Source of the DNA: Candidatus Eiseniibacteriota bacterium
GTDB taxonomy: Bacteria > Eisenbacteria > RBG-16-71-46
NCBI GenBank assembly: GCA_963725865.1
Contig: CAVSAC010000010.1
Coordinates: 352,001-416,000, forward strand
Length of the DNA stretch: 64,000 nt
Direction of reading: 5' to 3'
Shown: one piece after another, positions 19,975-30,101 of the stretch
How positions within the stretch are numbered: the first letter of the stretch is position 1
Layout: each line of letters begins with the position of its first letter
Made by a program: the position numbers and the translations under genes
Notes under the pieces: generated by a model
Database searches by the model: none
What the model saw: only the letters and a program-made list of their open reading frames with translations
What the model was told of the DNA's origin: nothing

Positions 19975-20673
19975 TCACACCACCTGGCCGAACAGCCGGC
20001 CGACCAATGCGGTCAATGCCATGGCCAGTGCGCCCCAGAACGCCACCCTCAGCGCGCCGCGGGCCCGGTTCGCGCCACCCACTCCTGCCGCCAGGCTGCC
20101 CAAGCCGGCCAGGAGCAGCAACGAACTCGCCGAGACCAGCAGGATGATCCGGCGCTCGGGCACCATCCACGCGACGACGAGCGGCAGGGCGGCGCCCACC
20201 GCGAAACTCGCCGACGAGGCGAGCGCGGCCTGGACGGGGCGCGCGGCGTGCATCTGCGACAAGCCCAGCTCGTCGCGGGCGTGCGCGACAAGCGCGCCGC
20301 TCGCGGTGAGCTGCTCCGCGACGCGATGGGCGAGCTCGGGGTCGAGGCCGCGGCCCGTGTAGATCGACTGGAGCTCCTGCAGCTCGCGCTCCGGGCTCGC
20401 CTCCAGCTCTCGGCTCTCCCGGGCGAGGTCCGCCTTCTCGGTGTCCGACTGCGAGCTCACGGAGACGTACTCGCCCGCCGCCATCGACATCGCGCCGGCA
20501 ACCAGCCCCGCGACGCCCGCGACCAGGACGGCCTGCCGTCCGCTCGCCGCCGCAGCAACACCGACGACCAGGCTGGCCGTGGACACGATCCCGTCATTCG
20601 CGCCGAGCACCGCGGCCCTCAGCCAACCGATCCTCTGACTGAAATGCCTTTCGAGGTGGATGGACGCTCCCAT
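19975..20673 (-). CDS. VIT1/CCC1 family Fe2+/Mn2+ transporter
   Basis: AAGGAG RBS, ATG 20673; WLRAAVLGANDGIVSTASL and AGAMSMAAGEYVSVSSQ signatures. Confidence 0.93.
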   Translation of the reverse strand: MGASIHLERHFSQRIGWLRAAVLGANDGIVSTASLVVGVAAAASGRQAVLVAGVAGLVAGAMSMAAGEYVSVSSQSDTEKADLARESRELEASPERELQELQSIYTGRGLDPELAHRVAEQLTASGALVAHARDELGLSQMHAARPVQAALASSASFAVGAALPLVVAWMVPERRIILLVSASSLLLLAGLGSLAAGVGGANRARGALRVAFWGALAMALTALVGRLFGQVV

Positions 20674-20947
20674 TGCGGCTCCTTCGTGCGTGCCCACCGC
20701 CCCGGCTTGCGGTGCCGGAACCGGGCCGCGTCGATGTGTTTCCCCACTCCGGCGTCCTCGAGACCGATCGCGCCGCCTGACCATCGATGTCGTCACCCGG
20801 CCGCCGAGCAGCCACCAGGCCCACCGCGCAGGCGCCGAACGACCGGGCGCGCGCCGCGAGCACGCAGTATCGACCTCGCACTCCACCGCCGCAATCGTGC
20901 CCCGGCTCGGAGCTGCTCCCCTGCTCGACGGGGCCGGACCCCGGTGC

Positions 20948-21982
20948 TCACTGCCGGTCGGCGGCGCGTTCCTTCACGGGCACGCGCCGCTCGCGCCGCC
21001 ACGCCCCGGGGGCGACGCCCACCACGCGGCGGAACGCGCGCGAGAACGCCGCTTCGCTCTCGTAGCCGACGTCGAGTGCGATCTCGAGGATCTTCTCGTC
21101 CGTGTCGCGCAGGCGCGCTGCGGCGAGCTGCATGCGCCACTGCGCGAGGTATTGCATGGGCGGCTGACCGATGAAGTGCACGAACCGCTCGTGAAGCACG
21201 GAGCGCGAGAGGCCTGCTTCCTCGCCGAGCCGCTCGAGCGCCCAGGCCTCACTGGGCCGCTCGTGCAGCAGCGCGAGCGCCCGGCCGACCCCCGGATCGC
21301 GCACGCCTGCAAGCCAACCGGTCTGCCCGGGCGGCAGGCCGTCCAGGTGGCGGCGCAGGACCTCGACGAACAGCATCTCGCTCATGCGCTCGAGCACCGC
21401 CTCGCCCCCGGGTCGCCTCCGGTTCGACTCGTCCACGGCCGACCTCAGGAAGTGCGAGACCCACGACGCCTGCCCTGCCGCGATCCCCGGCATGCGCAGC
21501 ACGCGGGGCAGCGCCGTGAGCAGCGGGTTGTACGGCTTGGCATCGCAACCCAGGAAGCCGCATACGATGGTTGCGCGTTCGCGGCCGCCTCCATCGAGCC
21601 GGGCGGTGGTCACGCCCTGCTCGTCGACGCTGAGCGAGTAGGGCAGCTGGGGCGGTCGCGGTGCGAAGTACATCCCCACGTCCACCTCGCTGGCCCGCAT
21701 CCCGGGCGCGCTCGACATCACGTGTGGGTCGCCCTGCGGAAACAGGATGACGTCGCCCACCTCGAGGCGCACTGGCGGCTGGCCGACGATCGCCGCCCAG
21801 CACGCGCCCTCCGCGACACCGTGGAACTCGATCATGTGCTCGGCGCCGGGCATGATCGCTGGAATGATCTCGCGAGCCGCGGGAACCTCGGCGACCCACG
21901 GATCCGCGCCCTCGATGTAGTAGAAGAGCGCCCCCCGCAGCCGCACGGCGCGCAGCAGATCGGACAGCACGTCGCCGCTCAT
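20948..21982 (-). CDS. AraC-family transcriptional regulator with N-terminal cupin (RclR-like)
   Basis: DVLSDLLRAVRLRG, FHGVAEGACW, GLSRSVLHERF..PPMQYLAQWRMQLA, VGYESEAAFSRAFRR. Confidence 0.93.
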   Translation of the reverse strand: MSGDVLSDLLRAVRLRGALFYYIEGADPWVAEVPAAREIIPAIMPGAEHMIEFHGVAEGACWAAIVGQPPVRLEVGDVILFPQGDPHVMSSAPGMRASEVDVGMYFAPRPPQLPYSLSVDEQGVTTARLDGGGRERATIVCGFLGCDAKPYNPLLTALPRVLRMPGIAAGQASWVSHFLRSAVDESNRRRPGGEAVLERMSEMLFVEVLRRHLDGLPPGQTGWLAGVRDPGVGRALALLHERPSEAWALERLGEEAGLSRSVLHERFVHFIGQPPMQYLAQWRMQLAAARLRDTDEKILEIALDVGYESEAAFSRAFRRVVGVAPGAWRRERRVPVKERAADRQ

Positions 21983-22128
21983 CGTCTCCCCCGCAACTCA
22001 CCGCCAGCGTCGATCGGTTCCGGACGCTCGGTCAATAGTTCGCGACTCCCGGCAAGGCGGGACTATCGCGGTTTACGGCATGTTCCGCACGTGGGAATTG
22101 GCCCACGCCACTCCAACGGAGACCTGCC

Positions 22129-22956
22129 ATGAAGACTCTCGGCAACACCCCCCACCTCGACCTCGAAGCCATCAAGTCGCGCCAGCAGGCCACGTGGGCA
22201 TCCGGCGACTTCGGCCGGATCGGTGTCCGTCTCCAGATCGTCGGCGAATCGCTGTGCGAGGCCGTGGACCTGCGCGCCGGCGACAACGTGCTCGACGTGG
22301 CCGCCGGCAACGGCAACGCCTCGCTGGCGGCGGCCCGCCGATTCGCGGACGTGACCTCGATCGACTACGTGCCGGAGCTGCTCGAGCAGGGACTCCGCCG
22401 CGCCGAGGCCGAGGGTCTGCCGATCCTCACGCGCGTCGCCGATGCCGAGAACCTGCCGTTCGCGGACGGCGAGTTCGACGTGGCTCTCTCGACCTATGGC
22501 GTGATGTTCGCCCCGGACCAGGAACGCGCGGCGGCCGAGCTGATCCGCGTCGTGCGGTCGGGCGGCCGCATCGGGCTCGCGAACTGGACGCCCGACGGCT
22601 TCATCGGCGAGCTCTTCCGCCTCGTCGCCCGCTTTGTGGCACCGCCACCGGGTCTGAGGTCGCCCGCCGCGTGGGGCACCGAGACGCGCATCGTCGAGCT
22701 GTTCGGCACCCGCGCGACCGACATCCGCACCGAGCGCAAGCAGTTCGTCTTCCGAAACCTGTCCGCGGAACACTGGATCGACGTGTTCCGCCGCTACTAC
22801 GGGCCGCTGCTCAAGGCGTACGAGGCGCTCGACGCCGCCGGACAGCAGGAGCTGCATGCCGCTCTCCTCGACCTGCTCGAGCGGCACAACCGCGGTGGGC
22901 GCGAGGCGCTGATCGTGCCGGGCGACTACCTCGAAGTCGTCGTCCAATGCACGTGA
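22129..22956 (+). CDS. Class I SAM-dependent methyltransferase
   Basis: VLDVAAGNGN motif I, ADAENLPFADGEFD, GVMFAPD; divergent from the AraC gene. Confidence 0.93.
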   Translation: MKTLGNTPHLDLEAIKSRQQATWASGDFGRIGVRLQIVGESLCEAVDLRAGDNVLDVAAGNGNASLAAARRFADVTSIDYVPELLEQGLRRAEAEGLPILTRVADAENLPFADGEFDVALSTYGVMFAPDQERAAAELIRVVRSGGRIGLANWTPDGFIGELFRLVARFVAPPPGLRSPAAWGTETRIVELFGTRATDIRTERKQFVFRNLSAEHWIDVFRRYYGPLLKAYEALDAAGQQELHAALLDLLERHNRGGREALIVPGDYLEVVVQCT

Positions 22957-23037
22957 TGACGCGCGCCGCTCGATCGGTTACGGTCCACGATCGACCACGG
23001 CCGCGAGAATGTTCCACTCAGGAGGAGACTCGTCGCC

Positions 23038-23432
23038 ATGCCCGCTGCGATCGTCCACGTCGCGCCCGCGATCGTGTTGTTCCGGGTGCCGATGACGCCA
23101 CCACCCGCGTGAGCCGACTGGCCGCCGTTCGGCCGTGCCGTCTGCGCCGCTCCCGGCGACCAGGAGGGTCCCCGCATCGTCTTGGATGGCAGGTCCGGAG
23201 CGATCGTCACCTGACAGGTTCTTGGCAACGGTGCGGTCGGCAGCTTCGCCCAGCACGTGCTGGCCTCGGGCGAGGTGGACGCGGTCTGGCACACCGACGG
23301 CCGGGCGCGGTGGACCGACCCGCTGGCGCTGGCGACCGCCGGTCCGGGCGGGTCGTCGGCAACGGTATCTATTTCGCGCGACTCGAGGCCGAAGGTCGCC
23401 TACTCTCACGGAAGCTGGCCGCCCCGAAGTAG
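23038..23432 (+). pseudogene. Collapsed relic of a secreted CTD-bearing gene
   Basis: Strong AGGAGGAG RBS and ATG 23038 open only 24 codons. CTD-like pieces lie in two frames: HVLASGEVDAVWHT (near 23254) and SGRVVGNGIYFARLEAEGRLLSRKLAAPK* (ends 23432). Confidence 0.6.
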
Positions 23433-23555
23433 TCGACCTCCGCCATCGATCCAGCCCCACCGGTCCACCGCAGTCCCGAGTCACGAACGCGGCAGCGTCC
23501 AATCACCGTCGAGCCGCTGGGCGCGATGCGTCGCTACCAACCAAGGGAGGAGACC

Positions 23556-24941
23556 ATGACGCAACTGCAGCCAGCCAGGGTCCAGGAGTTGAGAAAGGGT
23601 TTCAGCGGAGACGTGCTGCTTCCAAGCGACGGCGCCTATGAAAGCGCGCGCAAGATCTGGAACGCGATGATCGACAAGCGCCCCGCGGTCATCGCTCGCT
23701 GCGCCACCACCTCGGACGTGGTCCACGCAGTGAACTTCGCGAGGGACAACCGCCTCGTGCTCGCCATCCGCGGCGGCGGGCACAACATCGCCGGCAACGC
23801 CGTGTGCGACGACGGCATCGTCATCGACCTGTCGCGGATGAAGGCCGCCACCGTCGATCCCGCCGCGCGCCGCGTGACCATCGAAGGCGGCGCCACGCTC
23901 GCGGACCTCGACTCTGCCACCCAGGCCCACGGCCTCGCCACTCCGGTCGGCATCAACTCCACCACCGGCGTTGCCGGACTCACGCTCGGCGGCGGCTTCG
24001 GCTGGCTGAGTCGCAAGCACGGCATGACGGTCGACAACCTCGAGTCCGCCGAGGTCGTGACTGCGACCGGCGAGGTCGTGCGCGCCAGCGCGACCCAGCA
24101 CCCCGACCTGTTCTGGGCGCTTCGCGGCGGCGGCGGCAACTTCGGCGTGGTCACCCGCTTCGAGTTCCGGCTCCATCCCGTCGGCCCCGACGTGCTGAGC
24201 GGACTCATCGTGTACCCGATCTCCGAGGCGAAGTCGGTGCTGCAGCAGTACCGCGATTTCCTCGCCAAGGCGCCAGAGGCGCTCTCCGTGTGGACGGTGC
24301 TGCGCCTGGCACCGCCCCTGCCGTTCCTCCCCGAGGCGGTCCACGGCAAGGGGATCATCGCGCTCGCGCTGATCTATGCGGGTGACCCGAAGCAGGGTGA
24401 GCCCCTCATCGAGCCGCTGCGCAAGTTCGGCCACCCCGTGGGCGAGCATGTCGGCGTTCAGCCGTACGGCGCCTGGCAGCAGGCGTTCGACCCGCTGCTC
24501 ACCCCCGGCGCGCGCAATTATTGGAAGTCCCACAATTTCTCGACGCTCAAGGACGGCCTCTTCGACGCAGTCCTCGAGTACATCGGGAAGCTCCCGTCGC
24601 CCCAGTGCGAGATCTTCTTCGGCGCGATCGGCGGTGCCACGACCAGGCCGACGCCGGATTCCGCGGCGTACCCGCATCGCGACGCTCAGTTCGTCATGAA
24701 CGTCCACGGCCGCTGGGAGGACGCGGCCGACGACCAGCGCTGCATCGGCTGGGCTCGCGACTTCTTCAAGGCCTCGGCGCCCTTCGCCAGCAGCGGCGTC
24801 TACGTCAACTTCCTCACCGCCGACGAAGGCGATCGGGTGCGTACCGCCTACGGTTCGAACTACGATCGACTCGCCCAGGTGAAGCACCAGTACGATCCGA
24901 ACAACCTCTTTCGCGTGAATCAGAACATCGAGCCGGCCTGA
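23556..24941 (+). CDS. FAD-binding oxidoreductase with berberine-bridge (BBE) domain
   Basis: GGAGGAG RBS; RGGGHN, GLTLGGGFGWLSRKHG, DLFWALRGGGGNFGVVT, YVNF..KHQYDPNNLFRVNQNI. Confidence 0.94.
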   Translation: MTQLQPARVQELRKGFSGDVLLPSDGAYESARKIWNAMIDKRPAVIARCATTSDVVHAVNFARDNRLVLAIRGGGHNIAGNAVCDDGIVIDLSRMKAATVDPAARRVTIEGGATLADLDSATQAHGLATPVGINSTTGVAGLTLGGGFGWLSRKHGMTVDNLESAEVVTATGEVVRASATQHPDLFWALRGGGGNFGVVTRFEFRLHPVGPDVLSGLIVYPISEAKSVLQQYRDFLAKAPEALSVWTVLRLAPPLPFLPEAVHGKGIIALALIYAGDPKQGEPLIEPLRKFGHPVGEHVGVQPYGAWQQAFDPLLTPGARNYWKSHNFSTLKDGLFDAVLEYIGKLPSPQCEIFFGAIGGATTRPTPDSAAYPHRDAQFVMNVHGRWEDAADDQRCIGWARDFFKASAPFASSGVYVNFLTADEGDRVRTAYGSNYDRLAQVKHQYDPNNLFRVNQNIEPA

Positions 24942-25045
24942 GAGGGCAGGATGCCGGGAGGAATCGGGCCAGCGGGCGGCGCACCACGCCGTCCGCTGGC
25001 CCGGTCCGTTCACTGTCCCTCCGCTGTACCCGACGCGGGCCCGGG

Positions 25046-25420
25046 TCACATCTGTCGGGCGTGAGCCACCAACTGGTCAAGGGCCTTGCCCCAACCGGTG
25101 TGGAAGCCCATCTCCTCGTGCCGCTTTCGCGACGCCTCGTCCCGGTGGATGGCCGTGGCCGTGTACCGGGTCCTCGTCCCTCGCGCCTCCAGCGTCACGA
25201 TCGCGGTGAAGAACGGATTCTCCGCGGGCCGGTACCCGGGAAGCAACGCGTCGGTCCACACCAGCCGCTCGTTCGGAACGACTTCCAGGTAGCAGCCGAC
25301 GTTCGGGAACTCCTGCCCCTCCGGCGATCGCATCACGGTTCGAAAGATGCCCCCGGGCCGCAGATCGATCTCGCAGTCCACGACCGTCCAGGGGGCCGGC
25401 GTGAACCACTTGCTGAGCGG
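25046..25420 (-). pseudogene. SRPBCC/AHSA1-family protein, N-terminally truncated
   Basis: [46 protein letters not shown] is intact, but the usual first strand and helix (..VW.AWT.PE) is absent in all three upstream frames and there is no clear RBS. Confidence 0.65.
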
Positions 25421-25558
25421 TGGTGCGAGCGGCTCGCCCGCGGTCCTCGGGCCCCGCCTCGTCGCGGCGTTCGGGGCGACGACGCACACCTGCGATCGAG
25501 CGGGTGACCGGGCGAGCGTGAGGCAGCGGGCGGGCCGCGATCGAGCGCGGGTGCGCCG

Positions 25559-26035
25559 TCACGGGCGCGGCAGCCACCGGTGGACTCGCGCTCGGTACGC
25601 GTCGTAGTCCGGGCCGAAGAGGCGACGCAGAGTGGGCTCCTCGTACACCACCACGAAGATGTGCGAGGCGATGCCGAGCAGGGCCGCGTACACCACCAGT
25701 GCCCACGAGTGATAGACGAGGGAGGCGCCCGCCAGCGCCAGGCCGGCTCCGATGTACATGGGATTGCGGACGAATCGATACGGGCCGCGCACCACCAGTC
25801 TGCGCGGCGGGTCGAAGGGCGCCGGCGTGCCGCGGCCGAGCACCGCGAACGTGAAGACGCACCAGAGGGCCACCAGAGCGCCGCAGAGGGCGACGACGAT
25901 GCCGGCGACCTCGACCGCACCCAGCGTGGCGGGTCGCATCACGCCCGACCACGAGAGCACGCGCGCCGGCAGGAAGACGAGCACCAGCCCGACGAACAGC
26001 GTCGCGTAGGTCACCGCGCGGGCGAGGACGAACAT
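25559..26035 (-). CDS. Isoprenylcysteine carboxylmethyltransferase / PEMT family membrane methyltransferase
   Basis: GRGTPAPFDPPRRLVVRGPYRFVRNPMYIG and YEEPTLRRLFGPDYDAYRARVHRWLPR; GGAGG RBS. Confidence 0.92.
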   Translation of the reverse strand: MFVLARAVTYATLFVGLVLVFLPARVLSWSGVMRPATLGAVEVAGIVVALCGALVALWCVFTFAVLGRGTPAPFDPPRRLVVRGPYRFVRNPMYIGAGLALAGASLVYHSWALVVYAALLGIASHIFVVVYEEPTLRRLFGPDYDAYRARVHRWLPRP

Positions 26036-26125
26036 GGCAAGCCTCCGAGCGCCCGAGATGAGTCACTCGATCCGCGCGCGGGTGTGCACCCGTCGCGGTG
26101 CCGTCCCGACACCCCCCCGCGCCGG

Positions 26126-27373
26126 CTACTCGTGGCGCAGCGCCTCGATCGGATCGAGCCGCGAGGCCCGGATCGCGGGCAGCATGCCGAAGGAGATCCC
26201 GACCGCCGAGCAGAACGCGAGCCCGATGATGGCCCACTCGAGTGGGACGTGGGGCTCGAAGTGCGTGAAGACGGCGACGAGGTTGCCGAGCCCGAAGCCC
26301 ACCACCACGCCCACGACGCCGCCGATGTTGCACAGCACGACGGCCTCCAGCAGGAATTGCGTGCGGATGCTGGCGGGGCGCGCGCCGAGCGCCTTGCGCA
26401 GGCCGATCTCCCGGGTCCGCTCCGTCACGGCGACCAGCATGATGTTCATGATCCCGATCCCCGCCACGACCAGCGCGATGATGCCGATCACGAAGCCCGC
26501 GAGCTTCACTCCCATGCTCATGCGGTTGAACTGCGTGATCAGGCTCGCGCTGTTGTAGAAGTCGAAGTTGTCCTCCTCGCCCGGCGCGACTCCGCGCGCC
26601 CGCCGCAGGACCTGGCGTGTCTGGTCGATCGCGTCCGTCATCAGCTCGGGGCTCTTCGCCCGCACCGTGATGTTGACCGAGCGGGCCATGCCGTTCCGGT
26701 CGGTCAGGCCATAGACGCTCAGGAACGTCGTGACCGGCATGAGGACGTAGTTGTCGAAGTTCCCGCCGAACGCCGACTTCTTCTCGTCGAACACCCCGAC
26801 CACCCGATACTTGCGATGATCGACGAGGACCTCCCGCCCGACCGGGTCGACGAACGGGAACAACCGCTGCGCGATCGCATGCCCGATGACCACGACCCGG
26901 CCGGCGCCCCGCACGTCCATCGGCGAGAGGTTGCGGCCCAGCCCCACGAAGTGCGTGTTGTTGGGAGCGTACTCGGGCGTGCCGCCGACGATCGAGACGT
27001 TCGGGTTGGTGGTCTCGCCGTGGTACTGCACGACGAATCCGAAGTCCCAGATCTCCGAGCCCACCAGGTCCACCGACCCGACCTGCCTGCGGATGGCGTC
27101 CGCGTTCTCGAGCGTGAGCGGCGGCCGGCGCATCGCACGCCGCCGTTGAGCGTCGGAGGCGAAGCCGCCGGCCGGCCACTTCTGGACCTGGAACGTCTGC
27201 GCGCCGAGGACGCTCATCTCCTTCTCCATGGTGGCCTGGACCAGCGCGATCGCCGTCATCACGGCGATGATGGAGGCGACACCCGCCACGATTCCCACGA
27301 GTGTCAGCACCGACCTCAGCTTGTTGGCGAGCAGGGCATCGAACGACATGAACAGCGTGTCAAAGGGCTGCAC
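26126..27373 (-). CDS. ABC transporter permease, MacB/FtsX family
   Basis: GGAGGAGG RBS then GTG 27373; ANKLRSVLTLVGIVAGV, GIGIMNIMLVAVTERTREIGLRKALGA, ASRLDPIEALRHE. Confidence 0.93.
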   Translation of the reverse strand: MQPFDTLFMSFDALLANKLRSVLTLVGIVAGVASIIAVMTAIALVQATMEKEMSVLGAQTFQVQKWPAGGFASDAQRRRAMRRPPLTLENADAIRRQVGSVDLVGSEIWDFGFVVQYHGETTNPNVSIVGGTPEYAPNNTHFVGLGRNLSPMDVRGAGRVVVIGHAIAQRLFPFVDPVGREVLVDHRKYRVVGVFDEKKSAFGGNFDNYVLMPVTTFLSVYGLTDRNGMARSVNITVRAKSPELMTDAIDQTRQVLRRARGVAPGEEDNFDFYNSASLITQFNRMSMGVKLAGFVIGIIALVVAGIGIMNIMLVAVTERTREIGLRKALGARPASIRTQFLLEAVVLCNIGGVVGVVVGFGLGNLVAVFTHFEPHVPLEWAIIGLAFCSAVGISFGMLPAIRASRLDPIEALRHE

Positions 27374-27390
27374 GGGTTCCTCCTCCGCGC

Positions 27391-28630
27391 TCACTCATAG
27401 CGGAGCGCCTCGACGGGATCCATGCGGGCCCCCCGGTAGGCGGGCGCCACGCCGGCCGCCACGCCGACGAGGATCGACACCAGGACGGCGATCCCCAGGA
27501 TCGGCAGGGACAGGCTCGCCGGCATGAGCGTGGCGTTGATCACGGCCGTCAGGATCGCGGCCAGCGCGATCCCGATCACCCCGCCCGAGCAGGCAGATGG
27601 CGGAGGACTCGATCAGGAACTGCAGCAGGATGCTCCGGCGCGTCGCACCGATCGCCTTGCGGATGCCGATCTCGCGGGTCCGCTCGGTGACGGAGACCAG
27701 CATGATGTTCATGACGCCCACCGCGCCGACGAACAACGAGATGCTGGTGACCAGGAGCCCGACCAGGAGCACGACGCCCATGACGTTGTTGAAGGTCCCG
27801 ACCAGGGTGTCGAGCTTGTTGATCGAGAAGTTGTCGGGCTCGGACGGGCGCAGCATCCGGACCTTCCGCATCTCGCCGATCACCTCGTACTCGAGATCCC
27901 CCATCGCCTCCTGGCTGGGCGCCTTGATCGCCACGTTGACGTCCACGTGGCCCCGGCGGCCGCCGAAGGTCCGCACGTACGAGGTGATCGGGATGTAGAT
28001 CTGCCGGTCGAAGTTCGGGCCGCCGAGGAAGCTCCCGCCCTGCTTCTCCATCACGCCGATGACGCGGAAGTCGCTGCGGCCGATCTGGAGCGTCCTGTGA
28101 ACCGGGTCGGTGCCCCTGAAGAGGCCGTCCCGGATGTCGCTCCCGATCACGCAGACGTTCTTCTTGTAGTTCACGTCGAATGGCATCAGGAAGCGTCCGC
28201 TCTGCGGCTGGGCGCTGGAGAGCTGGGACTGCTTCTCGGTCGTGCCGATGATCGTCACGGCCTCGATGGTCTCGGACCGGAACTGGACGTCGACCCGGCT
28301 GTCCAGCGTGGGGTTCACGAGGGCCCTGCCCCGCAGGCGCTCCTCCAGGGCCTGGGCCTCCGAGAGGTCGAGATTCGGGCGGTTGCGGTACAGGAAGAAG
28401 TCGTTCATGACGACCCACGGCATGCGCGAGACGTAGATCACGTCGGTGCCGACCGCGGAGAAGCTCTCGCGGAACCGGTTCTGCAGCCCGTTCACCGCGG
28501 TCATCGTGGTCACGACCGCGACGATGCCGATGATGATCCCAAGCGTCGTCAGGGCGCCCCGGACCTTGTTGGCCAGGAGCGCGCCGAGGGCGATGTGGAG
28601 CGCCTCGCGCAGTCCTTGAAGCAGCCTCAT
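27391..28630 (-). CDS. ABC transporter permease, MacB/FtsX family; one-base frameshift near 27585
   Basis: ANKVRGALTTLGIIIG, GVMNIMLVSVTERTREIGIRKAIGA. The C-terminus (..MDPVEALRYE) continues in ORF 27391..27579 after CTCGGGCGGGGTG (extra G). Confidence 0.88.
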
Positions 28631-28643
28631 CCCGATCGGACTC

Positions 28644-29913
28644 CTATTCCCGCGGCCTGCTCGCGTCCAGCTTGTCGGGCTTCTTCTCGTTGTTGATCTT
28701 CACCTCGGCGCCGTTCTCGAGGTCCTTCGAGATCGCGCGGTAGCTCCCGGAGACGACCTCGTCCCCCTCCTTGAGGCCGTCGAGGATCTCGATCAGCTCG
28801 TCGCTCTGGATGCCGGTCTTGACCTGCCGGGCGACCGCCCGACCGTTCTCGATGCAGAACACCACCTCCACGAAGCCGTCCCGGTCCGGCTTGAAGCGCG
28901 CCTCGGCATCCTTGCGCTTCTCGCCCTTCTTCATGAGCTGGTCGACGGTCCGGAGCGCGACGCTCTGCAGGGGCACGCTGAGGGCGTGAGGATTGGTGCT
29001 CGTCACGATGTCCGCGCTGGCCGTCATACCTGGCCGTAGCGTCTTGGGCGGGAGCGCTGATCCCGATCTTGATCTCGAATTCGGTCTTCTGCTCGCTGGT
29101 GCCCGAGGCCGATGCGTTGGCGCTGCTGCTGATCTCGTGCACGGTGCCCTTCAGCCGCTGGTCGAGCAGGGCATCCGCCTCGATCTCCGCCGGCTGGCCG
29201 ACCTTGATGGAGACGATGTCATTCTCGTCCACGTTGACCTGCGCTTCCATCTCCGAGAGATCCGCGATCACCAGGATGACGTCCGCCTGGAACTGGGATC
29301 CGAGGGCGATCTCGCCCTCCTCCTTGTTCAACTCGCTCACCGTGCCCGCCATGGGCGCGTAGATCGTGGTCTTGGACAGGTCGTCCCGGGCCTGCTTGAG
29401 CGCGGCCTGCGCCTGCTCCACCTGCTCGAGGCCGGACTTGTAGCGCGCCGACTCGACCTGGTAGGTGGTCTGCTTGGTGTCGAAGTCCGACTGCGACTCC
29501 AGCTCCTTCGCCATCAGGTCCTTCGACCGCGCGAACTCCTTCTGGGCCCGATCCATGTTCTGCCGGGTGAGCGTGGCGTTGGCCTGCACCGACCTCACGT
29601 TCGCCTCCGCGCTCTCGACGGCCGCCAGATAGCGCTCGCGGTCCAGGCCGACCAGGAACGCGCCCTTCTCGACCCACTGACCCTCGACGACCGCGAGCTT
29701 GCGGATCTTCGCGCTCACGTCCGCGCTGATCTTGATCTGGGTCCGCGGCTGGATCTTGCCGGTGGCGCTGACCTTCTGCACGATCTCCTGCCGGCTCACC
29801 TTCGCGCTCTGGACCTCGAGTGCCTTGTGCGCGCGGCCGCGCACGGCCGCGATCGCGGCGACGGCGCCCACCACGACCACGGCGGCGCCCACCCACAGAA
29901 CTCGTCGTTTCAT
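28644..29913 (-). CDS. Efflux periplasmic adaptor subunit (MacA/HlyD-like); one-base frameshift near 29050
   Basis: N-terminal TM, VSATGKIQP, TTIYAPMAGTV, VDENDIVSIKVGQ. LRPGMTASADI..VKTGIQSDELIEILDGLKEGDEVV resumes in ORF 28644..29027 after GCTCCCGCCCAAG (extra C). Confidence 0.88.
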
Positions 29914-29977
29914 CGTCCCGCGGTCTCCCTGATCCTGTGCGTTTGGACATCCGGGGCGCTCCAGGGCGCCAAACGCG

Positions 29978-30006
29978 AGTACGGCGAAGGCGGGCAGAAG
30001 GTTACC
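29978..30006 (-). promoter_or_regulatory. Putative ECF-sigma promoter of the adaptor/permease operon
   Basis: Minus strand reads GGTAACC-N16-CGTACT about 65 nt upstream of ATG 29913, fitting the general AAC(-35)/CGT(-10) ECF pattern. Confidence 0.5.
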
Positions 30007-30101
30007 GTGCCGGTGGCCGAGGGTCCATGAATCGATCAGCGGCCGCCCCGGGTGGACGGCCGCCGACCGACGCGAACACCGGGATCCGCGGGCTTCCCCC
30101 G

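Noticed and set aside
29277..29285. CGGACGTCA on the minus strand
   Set aside because: Inside the adaptor CDS and lacking the GYGTKC half at 13 nt; shows the -10 half alone is not diagnostic.
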